From positions 2,130 to 66,129 of the forward strand of contig JBAZSR010000002.1 in assembly GCA_041662295.1 (NCBI GenBank): a DNA stretch of 64,000 bases. Reading direction: 5' to 3'. The stretch's first letter is position 1. Every line of letters starts with the position of its first letter. Positions 10,969-20,071 of this stretch are shown in pieces. The position numbers were made by a program, and so were the translations under genes. The notes under the pieces were generated by a model. That model did no database searches, was not told the DNA's origin, and saw only the letters and a program-made list of their open reading frames with translations. The DNA is from Elusimicrobiota bacterium. GTDB lineage: Bacteria > Elusimicrobiota > Elusimicrobia > UBA1565 > UBA9628.

Positions 10969-11508
10969 TCATGGGGTCGGCTCCTTGTCCCCTTGGGGCG
11001 CCTGCTCCGGCCGCTCCAGCCGCGCCGGGTCATAGCCCAGCCTCGCGACCTCAGCCATGACCCCCGCGTCCACGGAGGGATCCAGCGCAGGCGTCCGGGA
11101 GAGCACCCACAGATACTTGCGCTCCGGGTGGCCGACCATTGCCCAACGGTATTCCGGGTCCAGCGCGACGATCCAGTACGGCGCTGAGAACGGCCGGAAG
11201 AAGCTCACCTTGAGCCGCGAGTTCGACGGATCCACGCTCCACGCCCGGGCCCGGGCGGAGCGGACAGGCCCTTTCGGGCCGTCTTTGCGGCAGGTGTTGA
11301 CCACCGCCACGGTCCGATCCTCCTGCAGGGCATAGTCCGCGGTCACGCCGTGACAGCCTTTCTCGAAGCTGTTGGGGTACCGCGCGATCTCGTACCATCG
11401 GCCCATGTATCGGTCCAGCTCCACGCTGGGCATGGGCTGGGAATCGAACGGCGCGTGGCCGCAACCGCCCATCAGCAGGAATGCCGCCAGCGCCGCTGCT
11501 CTCTTCAT
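10969..11508 (-). CDS. blc: Outer-membrane lipocalin Blc
   Basis: Lipobox LMGGC and the bacterial lipocalin signature GRWYEIARYPNSFEKGC. 179 aa. Confidence 0.85.
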   Translation of the reverse strand: MKRAAALAAFLLMGGCGHAPFDSQPMPSVELDRYMGRWYEIARYPNSFEKGCHGVTADYALQEDRTVAVVNTCRKDGPKGPVRSARARAWSVDPSNSRLKVSFFRPFSAPYWIVALDPEYRWAMVGHPERKYLWVLSRTPALDPSVDAGVMAEVARLGYDPARLERPEQAPQGDKEPTP

Positions 11509-11546
11509 ACGCTGTATTATACGGAAAAGATCAGGCCACTGTTGGA

Positions 11547-11567
11547 AACTGGCTGAAGACCGAACTC
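11547..11567. repeat. Partial copy (R0) of the tRNA-3'-end-like island repeat (aactggctgaagaccgaactc)
   Basis: Matches the 3' part of repeats R1-R4. Lies within a roughly 290-bp segment homologous to 16361-16445, upstream of ORF6N copy 2. Confidence 0.4.
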
Positions 11568-11836
11568 CCAGCGATTCGACTGATTCAAGGGAACTTTTTC
11601 AAGCCTCGCTCGTATATATAAAGTATGGGCACTTCATCCCTTGAGCCGGATTGCATCGAACAGCGCATCTATCGGATCCGCGGACATCGGGTCATGCTGG
11701 ATTGCGACCTTGCCAGAATCTACGGGATATCGACCAAGCGACTTAATCAGCAGGCGTGCAGGAATCCGGAGCGTTTTCCTGATGATTTCATGTTCCGCGT
11801 GACTAAGGAAGAGGCCTCATCTCTAAGGTTGCATTT

Positions 11837-12939
11837 TGGGGATGCGTTGAATTAATCTGTTGAATGTCTCCCATTGCAGACCAGGTTTGGTCGCAGTCGG
11901 ATAAGCGCTGTGGCCCAACGAAGAAGTGACTTCGGGTTGTTGGCGGAACGGCTGCGACGGAACAGATCGCGGATGACTCCGCCCATAGATTCCATGACGT
12001 TCGTGGTGGCCGGCAGTCCAAGGTCTGGATGGGCACGATAAGCCCGGTAGTACTCAAGGCAGGCTAGGAAATCGCGCACGACCGCCTGCATCCTTCTTGT
12101 CCCACAATCACCCAGGGCTCGCTGTTGCAGGTCGGCAAGGGCACTGTTGAACTCAGCGCCTTTAGGCAGCTCCAACGCTTTCCGAACGAGTCGGTAGATT
12201 TGTTCTCTTACCTCCCCACCTTTGAGCGCCCGATATTGGCCGCGGCGGTGAAACTGAAGCTTGTGAATTAGATGGAATTGGCAAAGCTGCAGCACCCAGC
12301 GCTGCCGCTTCGCAATCTTCTGCATTCCATTCAGGTTGTCGACGACAAGGCCGCATATGCAAGCACGGGCGTTCTTTGGTATGGCAGCGAAAGCCAGTTC
12401 CCATCGCGAGGCGCCTTCTCTGCCTGCGACAAGCAACGGATCCAGGAATAGGGCGCTTGCCCCCGCGCATGGCTTCAGCGCCGTCAGGTACAGGACCCAG
12501 GGCTTTCCTGAAAATTGAAAACGCATGCCATCCGCAAGCAGGACGAGCGGGCCGTGAGGTATTCTGCGGTTGTAGGGCAGGCTGAGGAAGCGGACCAATG
12601 TCCTGCGGAATCTGTAACGCAGGGTCGGGGCAGACAGCATCCCCCGTTGCTGTGCTAGCTGGCGAAGCGTATAACGGCGTAGGAGGGCTCTTTCCAAGAT
12701 GGCAAGGCGCGTTCGGTGCTTGGGCCGTCCTCGCTTTCTCGGCCGGATTGACCAGGTCTTCTTGCAGCTAGAGCACTGCCGCCGACGCCTTCCAAAACGG
12801 CGAACCCTGGAGCCGCAGCATGGCGATTTCGCATGTCTGGCAATCATACATGCGAATTATCCTGAACTTCGAACGGCCTTCCGTCGACAATAACGCCAAT
12901 CTCGGAGGATTCTTCAACAGAATTTCTTTACGCATCCCC
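11837..12939. mobile_element. Insertion sequence (about 1.1 kb) with 27-bp imperfect terminal inverted repeats and a 5-bp ATTTT target-site duplication
   Basis: Left end GGGGATGCGTTGAATTAATCTGTTGAA; right end (reverse complement) GGGGATGCGTAAAGAAATTCTGTTGAA. Flanks gcATTTT|IS|ATTTTgc. The insertion site is the centre of a palindrome that is intact in the paralog (taagattgcaaaatgcaatctta). Confidence 0.75.
11852..12847 (-). CDS. IS transposase with N-terminal zinc-ribbon (family unresolved)
   Basis: 331 aa. N-terminal CCGSRVRRFGRRRRQCSSCKKTW and a C-terminal TTNVMES motif, which is DDE-transposase-like. Lies wholly inside the IS. Confidence 0.65.
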   Translation of the reverse strand: MIARHAKSPCCGSRVRRFGRRRRQCSSCKKTWSIRPRKRGRPKHRTRLAILERALLRRYTLRQLAQQRGMLSAPTLRYRFRRTLVRFLSLPYNRRIPHGPLVLLADGMRFQFSGKPWVLYLTALKPCAGASALFLDPLLVAGREGASRWELAFAAIPKNARACICGLVVDNLNGMQKIAKRQRWVLQLCQFHLIHKLQFHRRGQYRALKGGEVREQIYRLVRKALELPKGAEFNSALADLQQRALGDCGTRRMQAVVRDFLACLEYYRAYRAHPDLGLPATTNVMESMGGVIRDLFRRSRSANNPKSLLRWATALIRLRPNLVCNGRHSTD

Positions 12940-13297
12940 ATTTTGCAACCTTAGAGATGAGTCGTGGCCAGCACCGAAAATACCTGCCCTACGCCTTCAC
13001 CGAACACGGCGCTGTCATGCTCTCAGCCGTTCTCAGAACCCCTATCGCAGTCTCGGCCAGCATCCAGATCGTCCGCGCCTTCAACAGACTGCGGAAGATG
13101 GCCGCGGCCCACAAGGACCTGGCCCTCGCCCTCTCGGAACTTGCCAAGAAAGTCGCCGGGCATGATGACCAGTTCAAGATCGTCTTTGACGCTCTCCAGC
13201 GGCTCGAGGAACCGCCGGCCAAGCCGCGCAAGCAGATAGGATTCGTGCCGCCTAAATGAAAAAGCCGCCCCGAAGGACGGCTTCTCGTCGAAAGCTT

Positions 13298-13330
13298 GGG
13301 GAGTACAGGACGATATTAGAACCTGGCTGA
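13298..13330. repeat. Island repeat R1 (GGGGAGTACAGGACGATATTAGAACCTGGCTGA), a tRNA-Val 3'-end-like putative att scar
   Basis: A 33-bp core recurs at 14823, 15337 and 16346. It aligns with the minus-strand 3' end of tRNA-Val (TGGGCAGTATAGGATTTGAACCTATGAC) apart from a 5-nt insertion. Confidence 0.6.
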
Positions 13331-13380
13331 GGCGCGACGGTCCGACTTGGCCCCTAATCCCGCACATGATATGATGGCCC

Positions 13381-14778
13381 ATGCCCTTTCCTTTCTTGCT
13401 CACGGCCTTGTTGGCGCTCGCCGCGGCCCGTGTCCAGGCGGAATTGCCGCTTCCGGATTCCTTCACCATGACCTATCAAGTGACTGGTTCCGGCCGATTC
13501 AGCGGCGGGAAGTCCGATGCCATCGATTTCGGGCTCGGCGGCCGGGGGACAGGACGATATCGTCAATATTTGAAGCTCAACGGCATAAAAGGCTCTCCCC
13601 TCTCGGTCGATGTGGACCGCCTGCATGGCCAACTCCGGCTCGGCAGTGATTTCGGGCCCTTCTGGCTCTACGATCTCGGCAGGGGCTCCGTTGACAGCCT
13701 TGCCCCGCAGCTCGACCCGAACCGATTCACCAGGCCCGTTCGCCCCCCATTCCCGCTGCGGCCCGAGCACGCCTACCTGTTGCGGCATCGGACCCACCGC
13801 TATCTCGTGATCTTCCGCATCGACCCGGGATCTGCGGGAGACAGCCCGGAACGGCCAGGCCCGCCAGTCCCTCCCAGTCCCCTCACCCCGTCCATGCCAT
13901 CGGCACGGTCTTCCACAGAGATGTCAGCCGGACCGACACCGCCCGGGCCGGCCCCGGCACAGAAGGATTTCATCGCCATCCCCACGCCCAGCCCCATCGC
14001 CACAGTCGGCTCCACCGTCCTGGTCGAGGCCTTCGCCGTCGGGACGGATTCCGCGGCCTTCGTCTACATCCCCCTGCTCGGGGAACAGCACGCCGCCGAC
14101 ACGGTCATCCTTCTCGGCCCGGACGGAACCGTGGCGACGCTGCGGGGCTCACCGAGCTCCACCGCCACGGTTGTCGAAGGACTCCCCTTCCCCGAAGACC
14201 GATTCGAGGCCGAGCAGCCGCCCTTCGCGCGGCTCGAGGTCCCGGCATCCGTCCAAGGAGCCGCGCATTGGGGCTTCCGCGGCAGTGCCGCGCTCGCGGG
14301 GAACGGTCTCGGGCCGGACGCCCTGACATGGGATACGGGCACGAAGAATGGGAACGGCGGCCTCCCCCCCTGCGCAGAACGCCCCCAGGGACTCTTCCCC
14401 GGCGATTCGACGTTCTCGGCGTCGACGACCACGCTCTCCTCCATCAACGCCACGGTGGCATTCACTCGCTTCTCCTCCTTCACCGCCGACAGCTGTTTCG
14501 AAGAAACACGGGTCATCCTTTTCAACAGGGAGACGAAGGCCTGCGGCGTCCTCTTCAAAGACTCGCAGACGGAGTGCTGCGATCTGGCCTGGGACTCGGG
14601 GCTTACCGGACTGCTCAAGATCCAGAAAGATGAGCGCGAGCCGGAATATGTCCTGCTGCTGTCACAGGACTACGGCTGCAGAACCGGAGGCGAACGCCAC
14701 GCCGCGATCTTCCTCAACAGCCGCCTGAAGCATGTCCCGGGAAAGGACGCGTTCTCGGCGGAGGTCACCGGAGAGTAG
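13381..14778 (+). CDS. Secreted hypothetical protein with a Pro-rich linker
   Basis: Signal peptide MPFPFLLTALLALAAARVQA. 465 aa. No recognisable family. Confidence 0.45.
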   Translation: MPFPFLLTALLALAAARVQAELPLPDSFTMTYQVTGSGRFSGGKSDAIDFGLGGRGTGRYRQYLKLNGIKGSPLSVDVDRLHGQLRLGSDFGPFWLYDLGRGSVDSLAPQLDPNRFTRPVRPPFPLRPEHAYLLRHRTHRYLVIFRIDPGSAGDSPERPGPPVPPSPLTPSMPSARSSTEMSAGPTPPGPAPAQKDFIAIPTPSPIATVGSTVLVEAFAVGTDSAAFVYIPLLGEQHAADTVILLGPDGTVATLRGSPSSTATVVEGLPFPEDRFEAEQPPFARLEVPASVQGAAHWGFRGSAALAGNGLGPDALTWDTGTKNGNGGLPPCAERPQGLFPGDSTFSASTTTLSSINATVAFTRFSSFTADSCFEETRVILFNRETKACGVLFKDSQTECCDLAWDSGLTGLLKIQKDEREPEYVLLLSQDYGCRTGGERHAAIFLNSRLKHVPGKDAFSAEVTGE

Positions 14779-14822
14779 CGGGAACCACGCGCGCCGATTC
14801 CCGACGGGATGAAAGGGATGGT

Positions 14823-14855
14823 GGGGAGTACAGGACGATATTAGAACCCGACTGA
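14823..14855. repeat. Island repeat R2 (more diverged copy)
   Basis: GGGGAGTACAGGACGATATTAGAACCCGACTGA. Confidence 0.55.
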
Positions 14856-14884
14856 TGGACGAAAGCCTTGTCCTATTGCGGAAA

Positions 14885-15151
14885 TCATGGGTTCATGAGC
14901 CTCCTGAGGGCGGCCGCCAAATACCGCCGCAGGACCTCTTCGGAGTGTTTCTGAGGGATGAGCCCGGCCAAGTGAGCCCGGCTGGTCAAGGCCGCCCGGA
15001 CTGACTCGGCGAGCCCCTCCCGCGTCCACACGGTCCCCGAGCGGCCGAGCAGTGCGGCGAGCGCCCGATCCACGTCCTTTTCCGGGTCCATGGAGAATTG
15101 GACGGGATAGACCAGGGCCCGCACAGCCGCCTTCCAGTCTGATGCCTTCAT
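14885..15151 (-). CDS. Hypothetical protein (88 aa)
   Basis: The only sizeable ORF between R2 and R3. No recognisable motifs. Confidence 0.25.
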   Translation of the reverse strand: MKASDWKAAVRALVYPVQFSMDPEKDVDRALAALLGRSGTVWTREGLAESVRAALTSRAHLAGLIPQKHSEEVLRRYLAAALRRLMNP

Positions 15152-15336
15152 CGGTTCGGCCTATTCTACGAATATAGGGACCTACGGTGAACCAGGCCCG
15201 GTCGCTCCAACTGGCGAAACTCGAACGCCTCGTCTCCACGCACGACGATCACATCCAGGCCCTGTTCTCAGATTCCACCCTGAGCCAACAAAGCCACCCG
15301 ATTGGGCGGCTTTGCCTCGTCGGCCGTCGAAAGCTT

Positions 15337-15369
15337 GGGGAGTACAGGACGATATTAGAACCTGGCTGA
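15337..15369. repeat. Island repeat R3
   Basis: Identical to R1 over about 47 bp (cgtcgaaagcttggggagtacaggacgatattagaacctggctgagg). Confidence 0.6.
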
Positions 15370-15533
15370 GGGTCGAATCTGCCGTAATATGAGCCTTTCC
15401 GACAGGTCAACCGCAACAAAAACAGGTTCCCGAGGATTTCGCCTTCCGACTGACCAAAGGTGAGATGGAGAATTGGATATGGAGAAGAAACCTTTCTGCG
15501 GCGCGGGTGTTCCACCCATGATAGAATACCCCC

Positions 15534-16286
15534 ATGAACTTCTTTTTCCGATTCATGCTCGTTTCCCTTGCCGCCGCAAGCGCGAGCGCAGGGGTTTCCG
15601 CCGCGGAAACAGACGACAGGTGCGTGGAGTCATGGCAGGTCATCGCTGCCGATCCTTGCGACAAAGCGACCTGCTTCAGCAAGGATTGGCTGAAAGCTCC
15701 TTGCGACAAACGTCTTGAGTGGCGGTGCGTGGACAACCAGGCCGTGTGCGCGGTCCCGGCGGTGGTCCAGCCCAGAGCCGACACGCCGAAAGTCTGGCAG
15801 CCCATCCGCGAGAGACAACTCGCCTACAAGTCCAGCGTGCCGCAGGACTTGCTGAAGGAGGCGCAACGCAAGTTCCCCAGGTTCCGGCTCTACCTTCCTG
15901 TTGAAGCCTTTGAAGGACGCGTGGTGACCGCCGACTTCAACTGCGACAAGAAGCCGGATTATGTGTTGTCGGGTTTCGCCGACCCCAACGAAATCACGAA
16001 GGCGCTTGAATCCGCCGCGCCCGATCCGGTCACGCTGGAGAAAGCCCTAATCAAATTCGAAGCGTATGGCTACAGCCATGACGGGTTCATCGCGCTTACG
16101 GCGGTCAGCACAAAGAAAGGCCGCCGCTGGAGCCTGTTCAAAGGGGACTGCGTGCTGCCGCTCAAGCCGGATGACCCGAAGGACTGTACGGGACTGGCGG
16201 TCAGCTACTGCGGCCAAGACGCCAAGTACTTCTGGTGGGCAAAGGCGTCCGGGACATGGCAGGAACAGTTCGACATGGAGCACTGA
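15534..16286 (+). CDS. Secreted Cys-rich hypothetical protein
   Basis: Signal peptide MNFFFRFMLVSLAAASASAGVSAA. 250 aa with many Cys residues. The region is lower in GC than the surrounding core. Confidence 0.45.
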   Translation: MNFFFRFMLVSLAAASASAGVSAAETDDRCVESWQVIAADPCDKATCFSKDWLKAPCDKRLEWRCVDNQAVCAVPAVVQPRADTPKVWQPIRERQLAYKSSVPQDLLKEAQRKFPRFRLYLPVEAFEGRVVTADFNCDKKPDYVLSGFADPNEITKALESAAPDPVTLEKALIKFEAYGYSHDGFIALTAVSTKKGRRWSLFKGDCVLPLKPDDPKDCTGLAVSYCGQDAKYFWWAKASGTWQEQFDMEH

Positions 16287-16345
16287 GAAAGCGCTGCCCC
16301 CGTTTCGCGGGGGCAGATTCTCCGACGCGGAATGATGAAAGCGGT

Positions 16346-16378
16346 GGGGAGTACAGGATAATATTAGAACCTGGCTGA
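16346..16378. repeat. Island repeat R4
   Basis: GGGGAGTACAGGATAATATTAGAACCTGGCTGA. Confidence 0.6.
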
Positions 16379-16444
16379 AGGCCGAGCTCTCAGCAATTTG
16401 ATCGATTTCAGGGAACTTTTCCGGCCCTCGCTCGTATATAGGTT

Positions 16445-16969
16445 ATGGGCACTTCCCTTGAGCCGCAGAACATCGAAAGCCGCATCCACCTCATCCGCGG
16501 GCATCGGGTCATGCTGGACCGCGACCTGGCGAAAACCTACAGTGTCTCGACCATCCGTCTCAATCAGCAGGTACGCAGGAATCTGGAACGCTTCCCTGAG
16601 GACTTCATGTTCCAACTGACGAAGGAAGCGGCCGTCGCTCTAAGATTGCAAAATGCAATCTTAAAGGCTGGTCGTGGCCGGCACCGAAAATACCTGCCCT
16701 ACGCCTTCACCGAACACGGCGCGGTCATGCTCTCAGCCGTCCTGAGGACCCCCGTCGCTGTCACGGCCAGCATCCAGATCGTTCGCGCCTTCAACAGGAT
16801 GCGAAAGATGGCCGCAGCCCACAAGGACCTAGCCCTCGCCCTCTCAGAACTTGCCAACAAAGTCGCCGGGCATGACGATCAGTTCAAGATCGTCTTTGAC
16901 GCTCTCCAGCGGCTCGAGGAACCGCCTGCCACGCCGCGCAAGCAGATAGGCTTTGTACCGCCGGGTTGA
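16445..16969 (+). CDS. ORF6N-domain DNA-binding protein (intact paralog)
   Basis: [46 protein letters not shown], 174 aa. TATATA lies 6 nt upstream of the ATG. Confidence 0.75.
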   Translation: [174 protein letters not shown]

Positions 16970-17046
16970 AGCCGCACTGATGCGGTGCCAAGCTGCCACC
17001 GCAGCTAAATGAAAAAGCCGCCCCTCAAGGCGGCTTCGGGAAAACT

Positions 17047-17118
17047 TGGGCAGTATAGGATTTGAACCTATGACCCCTGTCGTGTGAGGACAGTGCTCTA
17101 CCGCTGAGCTAACTGCCC
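17047..17118 (-). tRNA. tRNA-Val (anticodon CAC), copy a
   Basis: The reverse complement folds as a cloverleaf: GGGCAGT-TA-GCTC-AGCGGTA-GAGC-A-CTGTC-CTCACAC-GACAG-GGGTC-ATAGG-TTCAAAT-CCTAT-ACTGCCC-A. Confidence 0.9.
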
Positions 17119-17227
17119 GGCTGCTCCGTCTGAGAGCCTCCTAGGACAAGAACCAATTCTTGTCGAGTATAGTGCTCTCGTAAAGGCCGTGCTTTGACCT
17201 GTTCTTCACGAATTGTAGCAGATTGCC

Positions 17228-17953
17228 CTAGGGACTCTTCTTTTTCCCCTTGTCGCTTGGCAAAGAGCCGACTACGGTGTCCAACTCCGAGATATCCAGA
17301 TGCCCAGACTCCAGGTGCTTCCATAAATATTCTACTTCGGCGGGAGAGGGGGCTTCTCTTCCCGCCCTTTTGAATGAATCCTTGATGGCAGCAACCCCAA
17401 CTGCTTTTGAAGTCGCACCTTTGTCTTTTATGATTTTCCGCTTAATATCTTCATCAAGCCCCCGCAAGGCCCAATTCTCATTCAAGAAAGTCACTATTAT
17501 TGCGTGTTTGGCCCACCGGGTTCCCAATCGTGACATGCGTTTCCCTAAGTCGTGGTCGCCGGATTCGGCAATGTAGTCGCATAAGGCCGCAAGGGAAAGG
17601 AGCAGGGATTGTGAAGGGACGCCACTGTAGGGGTACTTCTTGAGGGCACCGACAGCCTCCTTGGAACTGGAGAAAGAAAGGGGAATCGCTTCCGGTCTAA
17701 ATGACACATAATCAAGCTGTATCTCCAATTCTTCAAGAAAGTGTTGAATTTGCGACGGTGACAATAGCCCTTCGGGAAAACCTGTTGACGCCTGACTTCG
17801 AAACGATTCTATCCGAGCATAGTGTGCGGTGGTGACTGTCGAGCTATATAAGGATTCAACTACTCCCATTTCGGCACAAGCGAGACCTGGACCAACAAGG
17901 GTAACGAAAACTATCGCAAAGAGTCTCTCGCCGAGAAACCGCTGCATAAACAC
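17228..17953 (-). CDS. Secreted hypothetical protein (island cargo)
   Basis: 241 aa. N-terminal hydrophobic signal. Low GC. Confidence 0.4.
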   Translation of the reverse strand: MFMQRFLGERLFAIVFVTLVGPGLACAEMGVVESLYSSTVTTAHYARIESFRSQASTGFPEGLLSPSQIQHFLEELEIQLDYVSFRPEAIPLSFSSSKEAVGALKKYPYSGVPSQSLLLSLAALCDYIAESGDHDLGKRMSRLGTRWAKHAIIVTFLNENWALRGLDEDIKRKIIKDKGATSKAVGVAAIKDSFKRAGREAPSPAEVEYLWKHLESGHLDISELDTVVGSLPSDKGKKKSP

Positions 17954-18047
17954 CTCTCTATCCTTGCCAATAAATCATCCCATACAACCAGGGCTCGGAC
18001 CCAATGATATCACAGAACTCGCATCTCCTGAGCTTTTCCTTGTTGCA

Positions 18048-18551
18048 TCAGGGCAGGACTCTCTCTGTCGAGTCCGTAACGCCCTCGAAAGGCGTTTCTG
18101 CTTTGTCGGCAAGTTCCTTCAAAATACGCAACGCCTCCGCATCAAGGTCCGCATCTGTCCAATCCCTGTAGACCTCGCCCGCTACCCCTTCAATGCTGAT
18201 ATCAGAACATTGTCGAGGTTTGCCATAACCCCGCTCAATGATATATGTGGCTGCCGTTAGTCGCTCCTGAAGCGACGGAGCAATCAGGTTCCCGCGCCTA
18301 TCTGGGACCTTCTCTGAGCCCTCTGCAACCCGCTCCAAGAAGGCAAAGCCGAATTTGTCTGCCCATTCCGCACACCGCCGAATGTACCCGCTCCCCTTGG
18401 GCCGACCCGGCCCTCCGGGGTTACCCTTCTCAAATGGTCTACCTGGCATAAGTGCCTCCGCGACATTCCTGCGATAAATAACGCCCCACCACACAAAAGG
18501 AAAAATCGCTCCCATGCCCCTTGGGCAAGAAAGACAGCCTGTTCTCGGCAC
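18048..18551 (-). CDS. Hypothetical phage-like protein with GNPGGPGRPKG motif (DUF5681 / terminase-small-subunit-like N-terminus)
   Basis: MPGRPFEKGNPGGPGRPKGSG. The start may be this internal Met. Confidence 0.35.
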   Translation of the reverse strand: MPRTGCLSCPRGMGAIFPFVWWGVIYRRNVAEALMPGRPFEKGNPGGPGRPKGSGYIRRCAEWADKFGFAFLERVAEGSEKVPDRRGNLIAPSLQERLTAATYIIERGYGKPRQCSDISIEGVAGEVYRDWTDADLDAEALRILKELADKAETPFEGVTDSTERVLP

Positions 18552-18641
18552 TGTTCTGTTCCGAATGCTCTTGTTCAGAACCCGGTGGGGGCATGCGTGT
18601 TATTACTCCCTTTGACCTAGCCTTAACATCACCTTGACATC

Positions 18642-19736
18642 TCATTGATATAGCCTTGATGTTGCATTCTGCCTCAGCCTGTCATAAATTGCGCCCCAAT
18701 GCATCATGCTTTCGTTGGCCTTCGCCCACCATGCGGCCGTCATCTTAGTCCTAGGCCGATAGTGAAGTCGGGCAATGCCAATCAAAACCACCTCCGTCAT
18801 ATGTCTGAGCACTGGGAGCAGAATGGGCTCACAATCGAGTTCTTCCCTAGCCCAGTCGAGCTGCCCCGGCGTAACCATTCTGACGGCGGCCTCCTGGGCC
18901 TTGGTTCCCAACTTGTTTTCAATGTCCTCTCCCTGGCCGCAACCGACTGAATGGATTATTTCTGCTTCCGGCTTGTCTGACTCGTACAGGTGGGGAATCC
19001 ACTTCAATATCCCAAGGTCCCGCAACTGACCCAACCGTCTAAAAGCATCTGTTGCTTTCGACTCTCCCCCCGCCTTCTCCTCCTCAGTCAAGGTTGCTCG
19101 ATAATGAGGTTCTAGCGAACCACTACACGACACCCATTCCCGAGGATTTCCAAACCCCCAGACAACATAAGGCCCCTGCTGCCCAACCCGAACCCGCTCG
19201 AATACCTCCCAAGCCAGACTCCGTCTGATTCCGCCGGAATCGGGGAGAAATTGCTCATGGTAGAGGTCAACAAATAGTCGGAGGGTCATTACATCCTGAC
19301 ACTGCCGGACCCGTTCCAATGGGGAATCCTCGCCGTTGGCCCCCACCACAAGGGAATTCGGGAGAAAGACCAACCCGGCCTCTGGAGTCGGTTTGCTTCG
19401 CAAACTATAGAGGGGGCGAGTCCCTTCCTTGTCCTTTGTGATTAGCCTGGCCTTTATGAGCTTGCCTATGGCATCCTTGGCTCGCATCCGGCTGATTCGC
19501 GTGTATGTCTCAATGGCATGAGTGCTTGCCCTTGTAACATCGTTCAGCCTCCCACTGAAACTCGCCATCACCATATAGGCCACGGCAGGGTTGAGACCTA
19601 GGGTGCAGACGCGTTCCCAATGCTTGCCGTCTATGGCAAAGAAATGCCCCACCCCGCAGCTAGACTCTGGGGCCCCACACGGAGCCAACGCAGGCACGGC
19701 ACCCACTATTCCCCTCGCATATTCTCCCGGGGTCAT
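18642..19736 (-). CDS. Hypothetical protein with putative winged-helix segment (replication/regulatory candidate)
   Basis: 364 aa. The segment RASTHAIETYTRISRMRAKDAIGKLIKARLITK looks like a winged helix. Its start overlaps the upstream gene's stop by 4 bp, consistent with an operon. Confidence 0.4.
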   Translation of the reverse strand: MTPGEYARGIVGAVPALAPCGAPESSCGVGHFFAIDGKHWERVCTLGLNPAVAYMVMASFSGRLNDVTRASTHAIETYTRISRMRAKDAIGKLIKARLITKDKEGTRPLYSLRSKPTPEAGLVFLPNSLVVGANGEDSPLERVRQCQDVMTLRLFVDLYHEQFLPDSGGIRRSLAWEVFERVRVGQQGPYVVWGFGNPREWVSCSGSLEPHYRATLTEEEKAGGESKATDAFRRLGQLRDLGILKWIPHLYESDKPEAEIIHSVGCGQGEDIENKLGTKAQEAAVRMVTPGQLDWAREELDCEPILLPVLRHMTEVVLIGIARLHYRPRTKMTAAWWAKANESMMHWGAIYDRLRQNATSRLYQ

Positions 19737-20071
19737 GGCTGCACCCCCTCAAATAGGCCAGGCTGAGCCGACTCAGCCTTATGCCACAACCTCAGAGGCA
19801 AGGCTATTTGCGGCTCGTATCCCGCATAGTGAATGGGCCTGCCCTCTTGTCTAATTCGCCCCAAACTCGCAGAATAGGAAATGCCCGAATCCTTATCGGT
19901 CAGCAGGACTTCGATTACGCCTTGTTTCTGTGCCGCATCTAGTTGAGGAACGCTGAGTGCCCAGGAAGGTTCTGGATATCTCAACTGGTTCTTACTTCGG
20001 ACTGATTTGACCAGCCGCGCCCCGACGATACGTCCAGGAATCTTTTTCGGGTTGAAGGGGGTAGCACTCAT
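19733..20071 (-). CDS. Hypothetical protein (112 aa)
   Basis: 4-bp overlaps at both ends, consistent with an operon. Confidence 0.35.
   Translation of the reverse strand: MSATPFNPKKIPGRIVGARLVKSVRSKNQLRYPEPSWALSVPQLDAAQKQGVIEVLLTDKDSGISYSASLGRIRQEGRPIHYAGYEPQIALPLRLWHKAESAQPGLFEGVQP

Larger units (their letters stand above)
11625..13259 (+). pseudogene. ORF6N-domain (phage antirepressor-like DNA-binding) gene interrupted by an IS insertion
   Basis: The N-fragment 11625-11855 and C-fragment 12957-13259 are colinear with the intact paralog at 16445-16969. Joining them across the IS and one TSD copy restores one reading frame (…[24 protein letters not shown]…). Confidence 0.8.
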
